DNA of 64,000 nt, from assembly GCA_951406725.2 (NCBI GenBank), contig OX597817.1, forward strand, positions 83,018,001 to 83,082,000, in the 5' to 3' direction. The notes below the pieces were generated by a model that ran no database searches, was not told where the DNA came from, and saw only the letters and a list, made by a program, of their open reading frames with translations. Of the stretch, positions 13,280-27,398 are shown piece by piece. The first letter of the stretch is position 1, and the number at the start of each line of letters is the position of its first letter. Both the position numbers and the translations under genes were made by a program. Origin of the DNA: Octopus vulgaris. Its lineage: Eukaryota.

Positions 13280-13902
13280 TGGCTTCATTAGGTTGTCCGT
13301 AACGGCAGGTCGGAGTTCCAGTGTAATGTAGATAGACCCCAACCCAGAGGGCTGAATATATAAGCCAGAAATCACGCACATAAATTAGCATTTATTATTA
13401 TATGTATATGCGTGTTTCTATGGAATGACTATCAGTGCAAAATGGAACAACTACGTATACACTCATATGTAAAGGCATACATGCACAGACACACGCACAC
13501 AAATACCAATACTTACACACACAGAGACACAAATCAAACACACGCAGTTGTTTAAATGCTCACTTGTACACTTATATACATTTATATGTATAAAGGTGCA
13601 TATGTTAAATAATAAAACAGAAAAAGTATTTTGATCTTCAAAGGTTTGGCTGACAAGTATTGTAGGTTTTCGATTATTGAACTGCATATATTTCCTGTTA
13701 CCGATTAAGCAGCTGAGTATTTTACATACAAAGGCAACCTTAACGTAACATCAGGCATTTTATACGTGATAGAGTCGGCGAATCGACCGACTGGTTAAGA
13801 AATTTGCTTTGCATTCATGGGATCTAATCCCACTAATGTTGGATATCAGCATTAGTGTTCATCAGCATAGCGACAGGTGACAGAGACAGCTTCAGTGAAA
13901 TT

Positions 13903-14305
13903 AAGGCGGCGAGCGGGCAGAAACGTTAGCACAACGGGCGAAATGCTTAGCGGTATTTCGTCTGCCGCTACGTCCTGAGTTCAAATTCCGCCGAGGTCGA
14001 CTTTGCCTTTCATCCTTTCGAGGTCAATTAAATAAGTACCAGTTACGCACTGGGTTCGATATAATCGACTTAATCCGTTTGTCTGTCCTTGTTTGTCCCT
14101 TCTGTGTTTAGCCTCTCGTGGGTAGTAAAGAAATAGGTAGTTCGTCTGCCGTTACGTTCTGAGTTCAAATTCCGCCGAGGTCGACTTTGTCTTTCATCCT
14201 TTCGGGGGTCGATAAAATAAGTACCAGTTACGCACTGGGGTCGATATAATCGACTTAATCCCTTTGTGTGTCCTTGTTAGCCCCTTGTGGGCAGTAAAGA
14301 AATAA
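13903..14305 (+). mobile_element. Octopus-type tRNA-derived SINE, partial dimer with a target-site duplication
   Basis: aaggcggcgagcgggcagaaacgttagc head and B-box gagttcaaattcc twice, flanked by the direct repeat acagcttcagtgaaatt. Confidence 0.92.
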
Positions 14306-14410
14306 GAAACAGCTTCAGTGAAATTGGTAAATCGTTGGATATTCTGTACCTGTAATACGAAGAGTTAACTTGGTCACAGAGTAATGCTCAGAATTAATGT
14401 AAGGTACTGT

Positions 14411-14767
14411 CATGTGGTTCTCGACTTTTTTGTTATCATATGGACCCCTATGTTATCATATGGACCCCTATGGAGACCCACATAGATATTCGATGTTAAA
14501 AAACTAGTCTCACAGAAAATTCTTTCAAAATTCCTATTTTCTTTTTCCCACATTAATTTGTGTAGGTTGAACTATGTAAAATGTTAGAGAAAGAAAGCTT
14601 GCCGTTTCTTGCAATATATACGAATACCTATATCCAAAGCAACATATTTTCAGGGACCCTTAAAATACTACCATGGATCTCCAATTTACTATTTTGTTAC
14701 GTGGATCCCCAAAAAATCTTATATGAGACCTCAGGGGCCGTATGGACCCCGGTTGAGCACCACTGCT
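14411..14767. mobile_element. hAT-like MITE
   Basis: Imperfect termini catgtggttctcgac / gttgagcaccactg and internal ggacccc repeats. Confidence 0.6.
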
Positions 14768-14994
14768 TTAAGTATATAAAGGTTTAGGGAAAACATCACT
14801 GATTATAATTTCATATGTAGGCAGTGTAGTTGATCAAACAAATAAAGTAGTCACAATCGAAACCGACGGAAACCCATTTACTTATTTTATAAAGTAATAT
14901 TGTTTGGATGACAAAATATACATATAAATAATATTATATATGTGACTGTCACTCTTTGACTTTCAACATCAAAAATAATTTCAACTGAGACTCG

Positions 14995-15131
14995 GTTTGC
15001 TTTGCTAATCTCTGTTCAACTTTCCCTCCATCACTCCCTCGATCAACAATCCGTCTGTACGCATGGCTTCCCATCTGTTCTCTCTCACCGTGTCTCTCCA
15101 TCCGTTTTTTGTACACACAGACACACTCATA

Positions 15132-15169
<38 letters not shown>

Positions 15170-15214
15170 CGCATATATGTATGTTTCTGTCTATGTATAT
15201 ATTGTATCTAGCTA

Positions 15215-15250
<36 letters not shown>

Positions 15251-15912
15251 TTATATATAATGTGTGAGACACGTAGAGAGGTCTGAAATTGTTTTAACTT
15301 TTTAAATGACGTTTGTAATTTACGATGTTTCTTTTCACATCTCATGTACAATTATTTTCCTTATATGCCGTATATGTAATGTTATGATACTGCAATTGAA
15401 AATGAAAAGGTGATCTACAAAATATTGCTTTCAAATTTGGGCACAAGGCCAGAAACGTCGGAGGAGAGGAGTGAGCTGTATTACACAGACGCTAATACTC
15501 CCAGATGGTACATAGTTTATCGACCCCGAAATGATGAAAGGCAAAGCCGACTTCTGCGGAATTTGAACACAACGTAAAGACGGACGAATTGCCACAAACC
15601 ATTTTGCCAGACTAACGATTCTCAGCTACTAAATATTGGTTTCAAACTTTGACACAAGATCAGCAATTTCGGGGAAAAGGTTAAGTGCTCAACTAGTACT
15701 TATTTTATCCATCTCAAAATGATAAAAGGCAAAGTCGATCTCGGCTGAATTCGAACTCAAAATGTAACAACAGACGGAATGCCGTTAAGTATTTTGCCCA
15801 ACTGAGGGAGAGACACGGTGAGATAGAACAGATGGGTGGCCATGCATACAGACAGATTGTTGATCGAAGGAGGGATGGAGGGAAGGCTGAACAAAGATTT
15901 GCAAAGCAAACC
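14995..15912. repeat. Diverged ~105 bp inverted duplication (14995-15099 and 15806-15912)
   Basis: tttgctttgctaatctctgttca...ccgtgtctctcc versus ggagagacacgg...gatttgcaaagcaaa. Confidence 0.85.
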
Positions 15913-16088
15913 ATATATCCAATTTGTAAAATGCGCCTCCTGAGATGATTTATTAAATACGTCCTTCATTAGATCCTATCTTCATTTCCCTCTGTGTGAG
16001 AATCTAAAGACCTATTTAAAACAACCGGGGTATGGATTCTCACACAGAGTGAAATAAATGGAGGATCAATCGGAAGTCTTATTTAGAC

Positions 16089-16197
16089 AATCACCTGATG
16101 ACTCTCACTTTCACACCTTAGATATATGATAATCATTACACAACATCTCACCAATGCACTGCGGGTGTAAAAATTTGTCGAAACAATTGTTGAGATT
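16089..16197 (+). ncRNA. Hammerhead-like motif with an extended, imperfect stem II
   Basis: aatcac-CTGATGA-...-GAAA-caattg-TT-gagatt. The palindromic stem III caattg is the same as at 41152. Confidence 0.5.
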
Positions 16198-16261
16198 TTG
16201 AATTTCATTTTCTTTCAGTTATCTGTCTATATATGTATATATATTTATATATATATATACA

Positions 16262-17420
16262 TGTAATAAATGAAAAATGCACTAAATAAACAATGATAGC
16301 TAAAAAAAATGTACACGTAAGGCAGACACAGAAAGCTCTAATTTTTCATTAGTTATCAATGGTAATACTTAGTTTCATGCCTTTAATGATAATACTGAGA
16401 ACTTCGCATACCGGTGACACCCACAAAATTTGCGGGGAATTAGGGCTTTAAGCGAACAAAACGATGCAGAGTTGACGAACGAAAGTAAACAAATGTAATT
16501 TAAGACGATTGACAAAGATCGAATAATTAGGTGAACGAGAAAAATATGCGGACAAGAAAAATACGTGGACGAGAAAAGTACGGTCTTTCCGCCAAAAAAG
16601 ACGAATATGACGGGTAACGCCTGGAAGAAATCTTGAACGGATATAGAACGACGAATAACAAGAGAGGAGATAGATATCGAACGGATAGCTTGCGAAAAAG
16701 GTAGAGAAATGGGAAAATTCTTAGTATTATCCTTAAAGGCATAAAATTGAGTATTACCATTCGGTTGAGTATTACTATTGGGTTGATAGCCTACGTGCAC
16801 ATTTTTTTAGCTATTGTTGTTTATTTAAATCATTTTTCATTTATTGAGTAACTGAACGCCACGCATCCTTTTTCATATATTAATATATATATATATATAT
16901 AATTGCGACTGTATCCCCTACCTTCCTTTTTCTCTTTCGTCCTTTACTTCTATTTCTAGCATCCTCACTTTCTCCTCTTTTTCTCTCGCATTCGCACGAG
17001 ACGCTTAGCTAGCCGGCCGATATCGATCTCCTCTCTTGCTATTCGTCTTTCTATACCCATTCAGGATCCATTCAAGCATTATCCCAGACCATAGTCCTTT
17101 TGGCCGAAAGGCCGTATTTTTCTCATAGACCTGTCTATTCCATCTTTGTCAATCATCTTTAATTACATTTGTTTATTTTCGTACGTCAACTCTGATTTGT
17201 TTTGTTCGCTCAAAGCCCTATTTTTCCGAGAATTTTTCGGGTGCTACACATATGTAAAGTTCTCAGTATTGTCATTAAAGGCATGAAACTAAATATTACC
17301 ATTGATAGCTAATGAATAATTAGGGCCTTCAGTGCCTGTCCTTCGTGTACATTTTTTAGCTATCGTCGTTTATTCAATGCATTTTTCATTTATTAATTGA
17401 ACGCCACACATCCTGATTTT
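16262..17420. mobile_element. (TA)n-flanked unit with one terminal sequence in three copies (one forward, two inverted)
   Basis: 16265-16410 is reverse-complementary to both 16715-16845 and 17250-17395. Confidence 0.75.
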
Positions 17421-18114
17421 TCTTACCAGTAAGTTTTTCATATATGTATGTGTGTGTGTGTGTTTGTGTGTGCGTGTGCGAGTACGTGTGTAATTACATT
17501 TGTTTGTATGCATATATGTATGGTAGTATATATTTCATCAAAATTGTATTTCCATTTCAGATGACGTGTGATGGAAAATGTGCAAAACTTTTCTTTGTAA
17601 TAGTCATTACAAAGGTTATATACGAGATTTTGTGCATCGGTAAGTGTGTATATAGAATAACCTACAATTATAAACAGACTGATTTATGTCCCTGCACAAC
17701 GCTGGTATATTGTATAAATATTATATTTCAAACATTAGCTGTATGATAAATTCAAACATAATTACATACTATATACATAGATGTGAGCAATAACTGCACA
17801 AAACTTTTACACTAAATTGCCATCAAATTATACCGACATATGGGAATGTAAATAAACGTCAATGGAAAATGTAAGCAAATGAAAATTGAAAGTAATAAAA
17901 GCCACCTTTAATAATTTTGTATAATTCAGTAATAATCTATTTTTATGTAATAAACTATATAAATGTCCACAAACACACGCACACCCATATACATACACAA
18001 GTACACACACGCACTCAGCTATGTCAGTCACATCTCCTTTCTATCGCTGAAAATTAATGTATAGTGAAAACATTGTTGCCGTTGAGACTGTTGATGTTAT
18101 CATTGTTGTGGGAC

Positions 18115-18715
18115 AGCGAGATGGTAGAATCATTAGAGGCATTTTTTCCACCTTTATATTCTGAGTTCAAATTCCGCCGAGGTCGACTTTGCCTTTCATC
18201 CTTTTGGAGTCGATTAAATATGTACCAGTTACGCACTGGGGTTGATATAATCGACTTAATCCGTTTGTCTGTACCTTTTGTCCGCTCTATGTTTAGCCCC
18301 TTGTGGGTAGTAAAGAAATAGGTATTTAGTCCGCCGCAACGTTCTGGGTACAAATTCCGCCGAAGTCGACTTTGCCTTTTATCCGTTCCGGATCGATGAA
18401 ATAAATGATAGTTAAGTACTGGGGTTGATGTCATCGATTTGTCCCCTTCTTTAAATGTCAGGCCTTTCGCCCATAGTAGAGAGAAATATTATTATTGTTA
18501 CGCAGTGAGCTTAGAGAATCGTTCGCATGCCGGGCAAAATAGCGGTATTTAGTCCGCCGCACCGTTCTGGGTTCAAATTCCACTGAGGTCGACTTTGTCT
18601 TTCGTCCTTTCGAGGTCGATAAATTAAGTACCAGTTAAGTACTGGAGTCAATGTGATCGTCTGTCCTCCTCGCCACAAGATTCAGGTTTTGTGCCTTCGG
18701 TAGAAAGGATTATTA
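18115..18715 (+). mobile_element. Cluster of tandem octopus-type SINE copies
   Basis: Three gttcaaattccgccgaggtcgactttg-type blocks. Confidence 0.88.
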
Positions 18716-18924
18716 TTATGGCGAGGTGTCAGAATAATGAGAATACCAGACAAAATGCTAAGCAATATTTCCTTCGTCTTTACACTCTCCCTGGTTCAGT
18801 AGTTCCGGGGTTTTGTGGAATGTGGTTTTACCTCTTAGCCACTTGTGGTCCCCGATCTACACTGACCCGGAGTTGTAGCAACTGTCAGGGTACACGCTAT
18901 GGGTGAATCTGCAACTCATTTGGA

Positions 18925-19284
18925 CAGAAAAAAATAAACTCAGTGTATTTGGTGGACGCTCAGGAAATGGCGGGTAAAGAAGGAAATATGTTACGTTTTG
19001 AGTATTCACTATTCGAAAGAAAGAATAGACTAAGAGTAAAGGAAAGAAAAATGGAAATGAAGAAATAGAAACACACTTATGCTTAACTGGCATGGTATAC
19101 TGAAATAGCCGGAAGTGATTGAAGTCGCTTTAGGCGTGAGTGGCAAGTGGGACAACCGTGGGCTTGTCATATGTGTGTAGGCGCGTGTCTGCTTATATAC
19201 TGTGTATGTGTTTGTTTCCTGGTTGGTATGTGTGTGGAGCAAGGAGGTACAAACTGTGATTCTGGCGTGTGTGTTGTGTGTGAG

Positions 19285-19319
<35 letters not shown>

Positions 19320-19980
19320 CTATTATGTGCGTCATGCTAGATAGATGTGTTTATGTAAAATAGAGACACTCTAAGTATGTGTAGGGGTTAGGGAGTGTAA
19401 ATGTATTTTTATATTCTTGTTCCTATATGTGTGCTTGTTGGTAATACGTGGGACTATAAATGAAGTATAGGTGCTAGTGTGTGTGTGTGTGCGTGTGTGT
19501 GCGTGTGAATTGTATATGTGATAGTAAGTGGATGTTTATAAATTGTTTAAACGTTTAGGTGTGTTTGGTGTTGCGTTTTAATATCTGGAGTGAAGACATG
19601 ACGGTTTTCAAGAGGATTGTGAGGATGTAAGAGGTGGGTGATGTGAGGGAAATGGAAAATAGTGGAGTTAAATGAGAAGCAGCCGGAAATTGAAACCGTT
19701 CAGTCTCGATGTCTGAAGAGAAAATCAACCAATTCTTGTTCCAGACAGGAATTAGTGGAGGGATTGTGTTAAATGGAATGACAAGCAGGGGGAGGGGACA
19801 AATTATTCCTTAAGCCCTAAGTCCTGTTGGTGTGCAGCGAAACGGTTATCCCAGTGTCGACCAGTTTGTGCTATGTAAGGAGAGAGGCAGAATGAGCAGA
19901 GAGAGAAAGAGAGAAAAAACAAGCAAGAGAAAAACCGAATATACAAGGAATTTTCGTCCTGTGACGTAATATGTGTGGAC
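18925..19980 (-). mobile_element. Decayed repeat related to 48720-49450 (opposite orientation)
   Basis: ggacgctcaggaaa...ttacgttttgag is homologous to the reverse complement of 49340-49385. Confidence 0.5.
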
Positions 19981-22900
19981 TATGAGTGCTCAGTTTGGTT
20001 ATCCTTTTTTAAATTTGCGATTTCCCTAAATCAAAACGATGCATTTTCAGCTTTTAATTTTGCTTTGTCACTTTATATTAACCGTCGTGTACTGTATCCC
20101 CTTTAGAAAATTTTGAGAAATTTCTTTGGCATTGACGTTTGTACATCTCAAGTTTTTAGGTTATCGCTCTATCATTCTGGGTTCGATACCTAGACCGGCA
20201 ATTCAGTTCGTTGTGCTCTTGAGAGGAAGACTTCATTTCATGCTATCCCAGATCTCGGAGCTGTAAATGGGTGACCCTGCGTGACACTGGCATTCCGTTC
20301 AAGGGAAATGTTGGATTGCTAGCCGAGCCAGCGGGGTAGCGTCATTCGAAACCTGCAACGCTGGAAAGAAACGCAGTGTAGCCAGTAGTGTATAGGAACA
20401 CCCGATAGTCTGGTTGATATAATGCTACACACATCATATAGACAGGCAAACGGAAACTCAGACAGACAGGTAGATACATAAATAGACATATAGTTATTAG
20501 CACACACATTGCGAAATACATACAAGTGATATTCTTTCGCCGAATTAATTGATAACACCCTTTTGCACAATGAAGTCAATGTGAAAAGTAATCAAAGAAC
20601 CGGACTAAATAGCTTGCAATCCTTAGTTGCTTCTTCTTATTTTTTTATGTTCAAGCCACACCGGGGAAATTTTTAAATCATCACTTTATTGTATACGTTA
20701 AGCATTTTACGATGTATAAAGTCCGCCCCCCCTTGTGCGTAACGTGATTTTATTTTTGTTGCGGAGGGGATGTTTTTTGAGAAGGAAAGAGGCTTTCTCA
20801 TTAAGGATAATTAGTAATATTAGTCTTTCATAACTGACATAGATATCAGTCTTAATATATTAGCAGCGTGTTTAGCCTCTTGTGTTTTGGCTCTCCCAAT
20901 TTTTCAAATACCGCCACTTATGGCTTTCACCACGGAACCAAATATTGCTTTTCAAACGGGATAGAAACTCAGTATCAGGGAGTTAAGCATCTTCCTTTCA
21001 CTTTCCTTTTTCCTTTTACAATTACATATGAATCAGTCCCTGTAACAGCAAATATCCAATCCAAAGAAACAGTTATTCATCAAGAGATCGTTGAAAAAGG
21101 CTCACATACATAAATGCTACATTCGTGACATTAATAAACCATAATATATACTGTTATTTCCGTTTCACTGTACACTCTTTCGGAAGGACGACTTTTTGTT
21201 ACCGTCATTAATCGACAGCTTATATATACGCTTGTCTGCATAGTTTGATATTCGCTCTTTTTCTTTCATATATATTTACATTTATTTCCCTCTTTTTCTT
21301 TTCGCCTTTTCTTAGCGGACACGTTTTCCAATTTTACTGGCATTGAATGATTGATAGAACATTAGAAAGGGGGAAAATGTCGGTATGAATTGCGAGGAGT
21401 AACTGCAATAATTACTACAGCTTTCTGCTGCATTAATAGAAAAAGTGGTTTTAATTAGCATCCAAACTACATAAATCAGGTCGTTTCAGTTCAGTTGATA
21501 GGGTCAAAGCTACTACCCATTGATCATGAGTTTACTTTTACACCAATCGGTTTTGATCTTTTTATAAATATCACGTTATTTCCTCTCTTATATTATATAT
21601 TATCTACAATCGCAACACGGTAAAAAGATAAAAGTTTTAACATCAAATCTAGTTTCTATTTTAATGAATAAATAATCTGCAAGTGTTCACTATATAAAAG
21701 GCATAGGACAATTTCTAAGTAGCAGATGCAGTAAATAATAAATGTTATATTTCTCTCTGAAATAATTCAGTGAGCAGAAGCCGTTTATAAAATCTCCTTT
21801 GCGACATTTTCTGTCTTCACTATCTACATTTTGGTTTCAAATGCCACCATGAATTGATAAAATAACTACCAGTAACATTCATAAATCGACTGAAAGATAC
21901 CACTTATACAAAAAGAATGAACCAATAAGATATACAAAGCTTTGACCAATATGCAATATCGTAAATGTGAGTAGATAGAACAGTTTCGAAACGTAGGTAA
22001 GGCTAATTTATTGCCTTTACACTGCTTATGCTCTTAGAAAAAATAACGGCTTCAAAACATTCGAAGCCATTTTACCTAGGACACGGTAAATTGATTTTAT
22101 CTCTGTCAAGTACCCCATAGCAGGAAATAATATTTCTATCAGTGAAACATATTTATAATCGACTATGAATCCTCGTTAAAGTCACTCTTACTGGCTCTAC
22201 TCCTCATCTTCTATAAAATAATAGGTTGTAAGCACAACGAAAATAAATATTCAGAAGCAAGGGTGAGTGACGTACTGTAGTGGGATATCATTCTATATCC
22301 CAGTTTAAACAATCTCACATCAGTCGATCTACTAATGTTTTTAGGAATGAAGTGAAGAGTGTAACATCCTCAATGATTTGAGTAAACACTGATTTTTAAA
22401 ATCAATTTCACTTGAATTAATTTAACTTTGATTAATTATGTATCTCAATTCTATAATTAATGAAACAACTTTTGAATGCAATTCAATAATGAACTATAGG
22501 TGAAATTGACACTTTTCTGCTTTTATTCTAAATATGTTGATCTTAAAGAACCTTTTAGCTGATTATATATATGCATGCATATGAGTTCCACTTGGCTTTA
22601 CTGCAGTGTAATAACCTAACAGAGTTTAACGACCTGTTATTTATCGAGCTCTTAATTATCATGGATTTATCTTTTGATGTTTTTATACATTATATTTCCC
22701 TATTCTATTCCTCTAAAATATGAAGATATTTTGCTCAGTGAAAAGAAATATGCAGCAGCATTTATTAATAGAAAAATAAAAGCATAACAAAACTCCGCCC
22801 TTGGTTATGTTGCTACTGAAATTCACAACTTTGTTGTGGATTCATCTTTCACTTTGGCTATTTATACAGTGGTTTCAATGTAGTGCCATTGATTTTGTAA

Positions 22901-24409
22901 CGTACATTTTGCTGGGATTACGATTGCTGTTATCTATTTTATCGTGTTTCTTTGTTCACGTGATTTTATTGCATGCAACTAAGCTCAAGTGCTGTTGATT
23001 TCCACTAACAACATAAAATTGCATCTTTTCCAGTCATGTCTTCTGCAATGAATTAATAGTTTTTAAGCTCCAATGTACGCAATTACCACACACATAAAGC
23101 ACATTCGTCAAAAGGTGTTAAAGTGACGCATGGATAACCCATCTCTGCCTTCTCAATCATTTATCACAAATTCTGTTGCCGTAGAATATTTTTTTGTTTG
23201 TAGCAGAAACGTAATATCAATTTTCTTTTCAGATACATATATGCGTAATATATAGCTTTTGACATCTTTCTTCACGTGCCTTCCCTTTTGATATACCAGG
23301 CATTTTTCAAAGAAGACATGAACTTCATTATTTTATTCTCTCTTTCTTCTCAGTCGCTGCTGTTTTTAACAGTTACTAATCTAAATTTAACTGTGAGTAT
23401 AAATTACTTATTATGCAGTCACCGGATTTAAACAAAATAAAGTAGATGCTGTTTTAGAAATCGAATTCATACCTGTCATGAAGTCTGTGAAATATTTGGA
23501 CTGACTTTTCGCCACCATTGATAAGGCAATTTCAAAATAATTGATGATCAATGTGTTGGTTATTTACAGCATCGAAATAATAACTTATGTTTGGCTCGGG
23601 CGAGTTTTAATAAATCATAGCTTCGAAATAATGAATTGTCACCTTGTAATTAACGTATCTAAAAGAAACCAAAAACCAAACTAAACAGAAAAATCTTGTT
23701 GCAATTACGTGTGGCAAGTCTAATACAATCGATTAATTGTTTAACGGTCAGAAATACATCTAAGTAATCTGAAGCTAATTACAACTTTCATTTCAAAGCA
23801 TTAAAGCAAATGATTAAATTTCAGTACGATGTGTACGATGTACTTACACGGATTTTCGATATCATTTCATATTAGCTGTAATACACTATGAGCAATAAAT
23901 TTAGAAATTTAGCAACTCACAGATTGGGTATACAATTGACTACAGTTCAGTGCGTTTGCTAAGAAATGAAATATGCTGTTAAACTGCTGGAAAACTAATA
24001 AAACAAAATGAGTACATGACAAGCAACGGAAGAAAATATGCACACAAGATATAACTTGAAATGGAAAAGGTATCTTAAGGAAATTGTATAATCCAAATAA
24101 TTAAAATTGTTTTTATTTGACGCCATATTCATTCACACGGAATATGTAAATTGCAAACGTTATCCGTTTTGTACAGACATCATTAACGTAATGGCTTCTA
24201 AACTGGAACCTCGCGGCAGCATTACTGGAATCATGCGTCTTGACAGTACACGTGCGACATAGTTCTATATACTTGAGGTGGCCATAAACAGCGAAAGTGA
24301 AATTGCAACTGAGTATTGCCTATAGTTTATTTTCTGTTGGTAGTTCATTATGTGCTTAAGAGAGGCTATTTTGCACAACAACAACAACCACTGTAATAAT
24401 AATAATGAA

Positions 24410-24455
<46 letters not shown>

Positions 24456-25384
24456 GTAATGATAATATATACTATAACAAGAGCCGCATCCGTCTGTCTG
24501 TCGGCTATCCGTCAAACTTTTCTTCATTCTTAAGACAGAACAGTATTAAATTAAGAGCGGGAGAGAGGAGGGACAAAGAGGAAGTGGGAGAGAAAGCGAG
24601 AGATGTAGTAGATACATAGATGAAAAGAAAATTAGATACATAGATACATACACACATTGTTACACTAAAAGCGGGATGGAGGAGGCACACAGAGGAAGTG
24701 AGAGAGAAACAAGAAAAGCGAGAAAGACAGTAGATACATAGATACATAGACTCAGATTGCAGTATTCTAACTGTGGGCGACATTGGGGACTTTTTTCTCT
24801 GATGTGTTGCTCTTTCAGCAATCGATACTCCAGCAAAATATCTATGTAGTCGCCCGACCTGCGACCAGTAGCAACCGAATCTTCTTCAAATGATACCCCC
24901 GTGTGTTAGTATATATCAGGCAAAATAGCTGAATTTTAATAAGACAGCAGAGGTACGCCTTTAGTAGGAAAGGAAGGAAGATGAGAGAAAATAAAATTAA
25001 AGAACTATTTAAAATACAATAAAGGTAGGAGGACAAGAAGGTTTAATTTTCTGTAAAAGGGTGATGGGTAATAAAAGTTTTTGAGGTTCACAGATATGAA
25101 AGCTTTAAAAGGTTCGTGGATATCAAAGTCTGAAAGTTAAAGGACGTGTGGAAGGTAATTCTATATATATAATAATAATAATCCTTCCGACTATAGGCAC
25201 GGCCTGAAATTTTGAGCGAGGTGGTTATTCGATTACATGCTCAACTGATACTTCTTTTATCGAACCCAAAATGGTGAAAGACGAAATCGACCTCGGCAGA
25301 ATTGGAACTGAGAACGTGAAGATGGATGAAGTGCAAGAACTCACTGTGTTAGATATATATATATATATACATATATACCTAAGG

Positions 25385-25886
25385 CGGGTAAAATTCCCAA
25401 GATCCATGGACGAGCTCTTTCCAGTGGTCTTATCCCACATCATCGCTGTCATGTCCCGTGTCACCCTCTTCTAGTGTGTCCGTGTAGGGGCTTCCACAGG
25501 GGCACTGAGTGCTGTATCAACTCTGAATGATGGTGAGTATGTCCAGCTAACTTCAGTCTCCTCTGTGTTATTTTTGAGCTAACTATTGGGAGGCTCTCGT
25601 ACAGGTCTGAGTTCTTCATCCTCAGTGTATACTGATTAATGTTCAGAGCCATACCCAGCTTTCTCGTGTACTACCCCTCCACCATATGAGTGAGTTTCTT
25701 GGTCAGTGTCCACGTCTGAGGCCCGTACAACAACACAGACACCACTGCAGCAACGAAAAGACGGATCTGCAGGTCTTTACGAAGGTTTGACTTCCATACA
25801 GATCTCAAACTGTGCCACAGAATCAAAGGCATTCTTAAAGTCAGTGAAAACCAATGGGTTTTGCAGTAAATCACTAAATCATCCAT
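25385..25886 (-). mobile_element. RTE-clade LINE 3' fragment (decayed RT C-terminal region)
   Basis: RLFVAAVVSVLLYGPQTWTLTK and QRRLKLAGH match the RTE-type SVLLYGxETWTL and RRLxxAGH motifs. Confidence 0.85.
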
Positions 25887-26054
25887 AACTTTTGTATTAT
25901 CCTCTCACATTACACCAAAATCTCAGACAATAACAATTAATATCGTATTTATTGTCTGTGAAAATTATAGAATATAAAACAACTTTGATAAAAACTTATA
26001 CCTACTTTTCTGACGAAAACAATGCCGTTCTGAACATTTTGGACGCAACTGTAT

Positions 26055-26757
26055 ATATATTCTCTTTCCTCTGATTCTTTGGTCTAGTCTTCCACTACCC
26101 TCCTATTTCTTTGTCTCGCTCTGCACTCACAGGTCATTCTTCGACACCCATCCCTTCTCCTCTCTGATTCCTTCTTTATCTCTCTTCTCTCTCTTTGTTG
26201 CGTTTGTCCCTCCTCTCTCTCTCTCCTCTCTCTCTCTCTTCCTTTGCTTCTCTTTCTTTTCTTTTCCTTCTTCTCTGTCACGTGACTGTTGGCCGAAATC
26301 TGCCTTTCAGCTTCTGACCCTCGTCGTGTTAACATCGCTGTTTTCGTCCGCCACTATAAAGGCTTTTTCCATTGCGCCAGAGAAAAAATTTGTTTGCTTG
26401 TTATCAGTCGTAAGACACTGTTGTTTTCACCGTTAATGCTTCTGTATTTCATGTTTCTGTATTCCATTATTGTTTTTGTTTTTTTATATCTGTCCCTTTT
26501 GCTGTCCTGGTGTTCGTATGCATTCGATCCTTCTTCCAGGAAATCTACGCTTCCAGCTTAGTTTTTCTAATGCTCGTTGCTTGGTTTTTCTTGGAGGGCT
26601 GGCCGTGATCTAGTAATCTCAAGATTAATCAGCCGAAATTACTACGATGATCCGGTTCTTGACTGAAGACTGAGGGTTTCGAATGTCCTGTCCGTGTTTA
26701 TTGTGTCGTCTTCTAAGAGTTATACGTTCTTGTCCATGTTGTATTTTTCTACATACC

Positions 26758-26795
<38 letters not shown>
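26055..26795. mobile_element. (TA)n-flanked non-coding repeat; same family as 41590-42095
   Basis: Shared CT-rich tract, tcacgtgac, agtcgtaagacac, ccattattgttttt and cattcgatcc-tcttcca. Confidence 0.7.
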
Positions 26796-26796
<1 letters not shown>

Positions 26797-27328
26797 TGTG
26801 TGTGTGTATGGGTGCAAGTGAATGGCCAAACGAAAGAAACTGGCACTCAACACATTCAGTAGGAGTTGTGTTTTAAATAAACTGTGATACAGCTCAGGTC
26901 ACGTGATGTTATTGCTGTAGAAATGTTATTTGTTCTCTTCATTATTCAATTGCCTAAGTACTCATAGAGAATTTGGGCAGGGTGTCTTGACCACTTTAGC
27001 GTTAAATAGAGGTGAAGTGTATCCAGAGACATGAGTTCACCGTATTTGGTACCTCACATGGTAGGTTGCAGTGAGTTCACCTGTTTATTAGTTTAGCTCA
27101 GTCGTCATTTTTAGTGGAATGTTAAATCATTCTCAGCAGTAGTCTTTACATGTGAGTAAACTGATTTGATGATGCTAGGTTAAATTGGATGCTGGATGAC
27201 CAATATAGGTGTGGCTGTAGTCTATATAGGTGGTGGGGATATATATACCCTGCACTTGCGTGGGGTCATTTGGGCCGACACTCTTATATTTGAACTGTTA
27301 GCTGTCATACATATATATATTCATACAT

Positions 27329-27398
<70 letters not shown>

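Noticed and set aside
13903-14000. tRNA genes
   Set aside because: These are tRNA-derived SINE heads with A/B-box-like motifs; no full cloverleaf is seen
24760-24960. Possible exon with splice-like signals
   Set aside because: Stops occur in the frames tested and there is no recognisable homology
26640-26730. ctgaaga/tttcg motifs in a (TA)n-flanked repeat
   Set aside because: The order and pairing do not fit hammerhead topology on either strand
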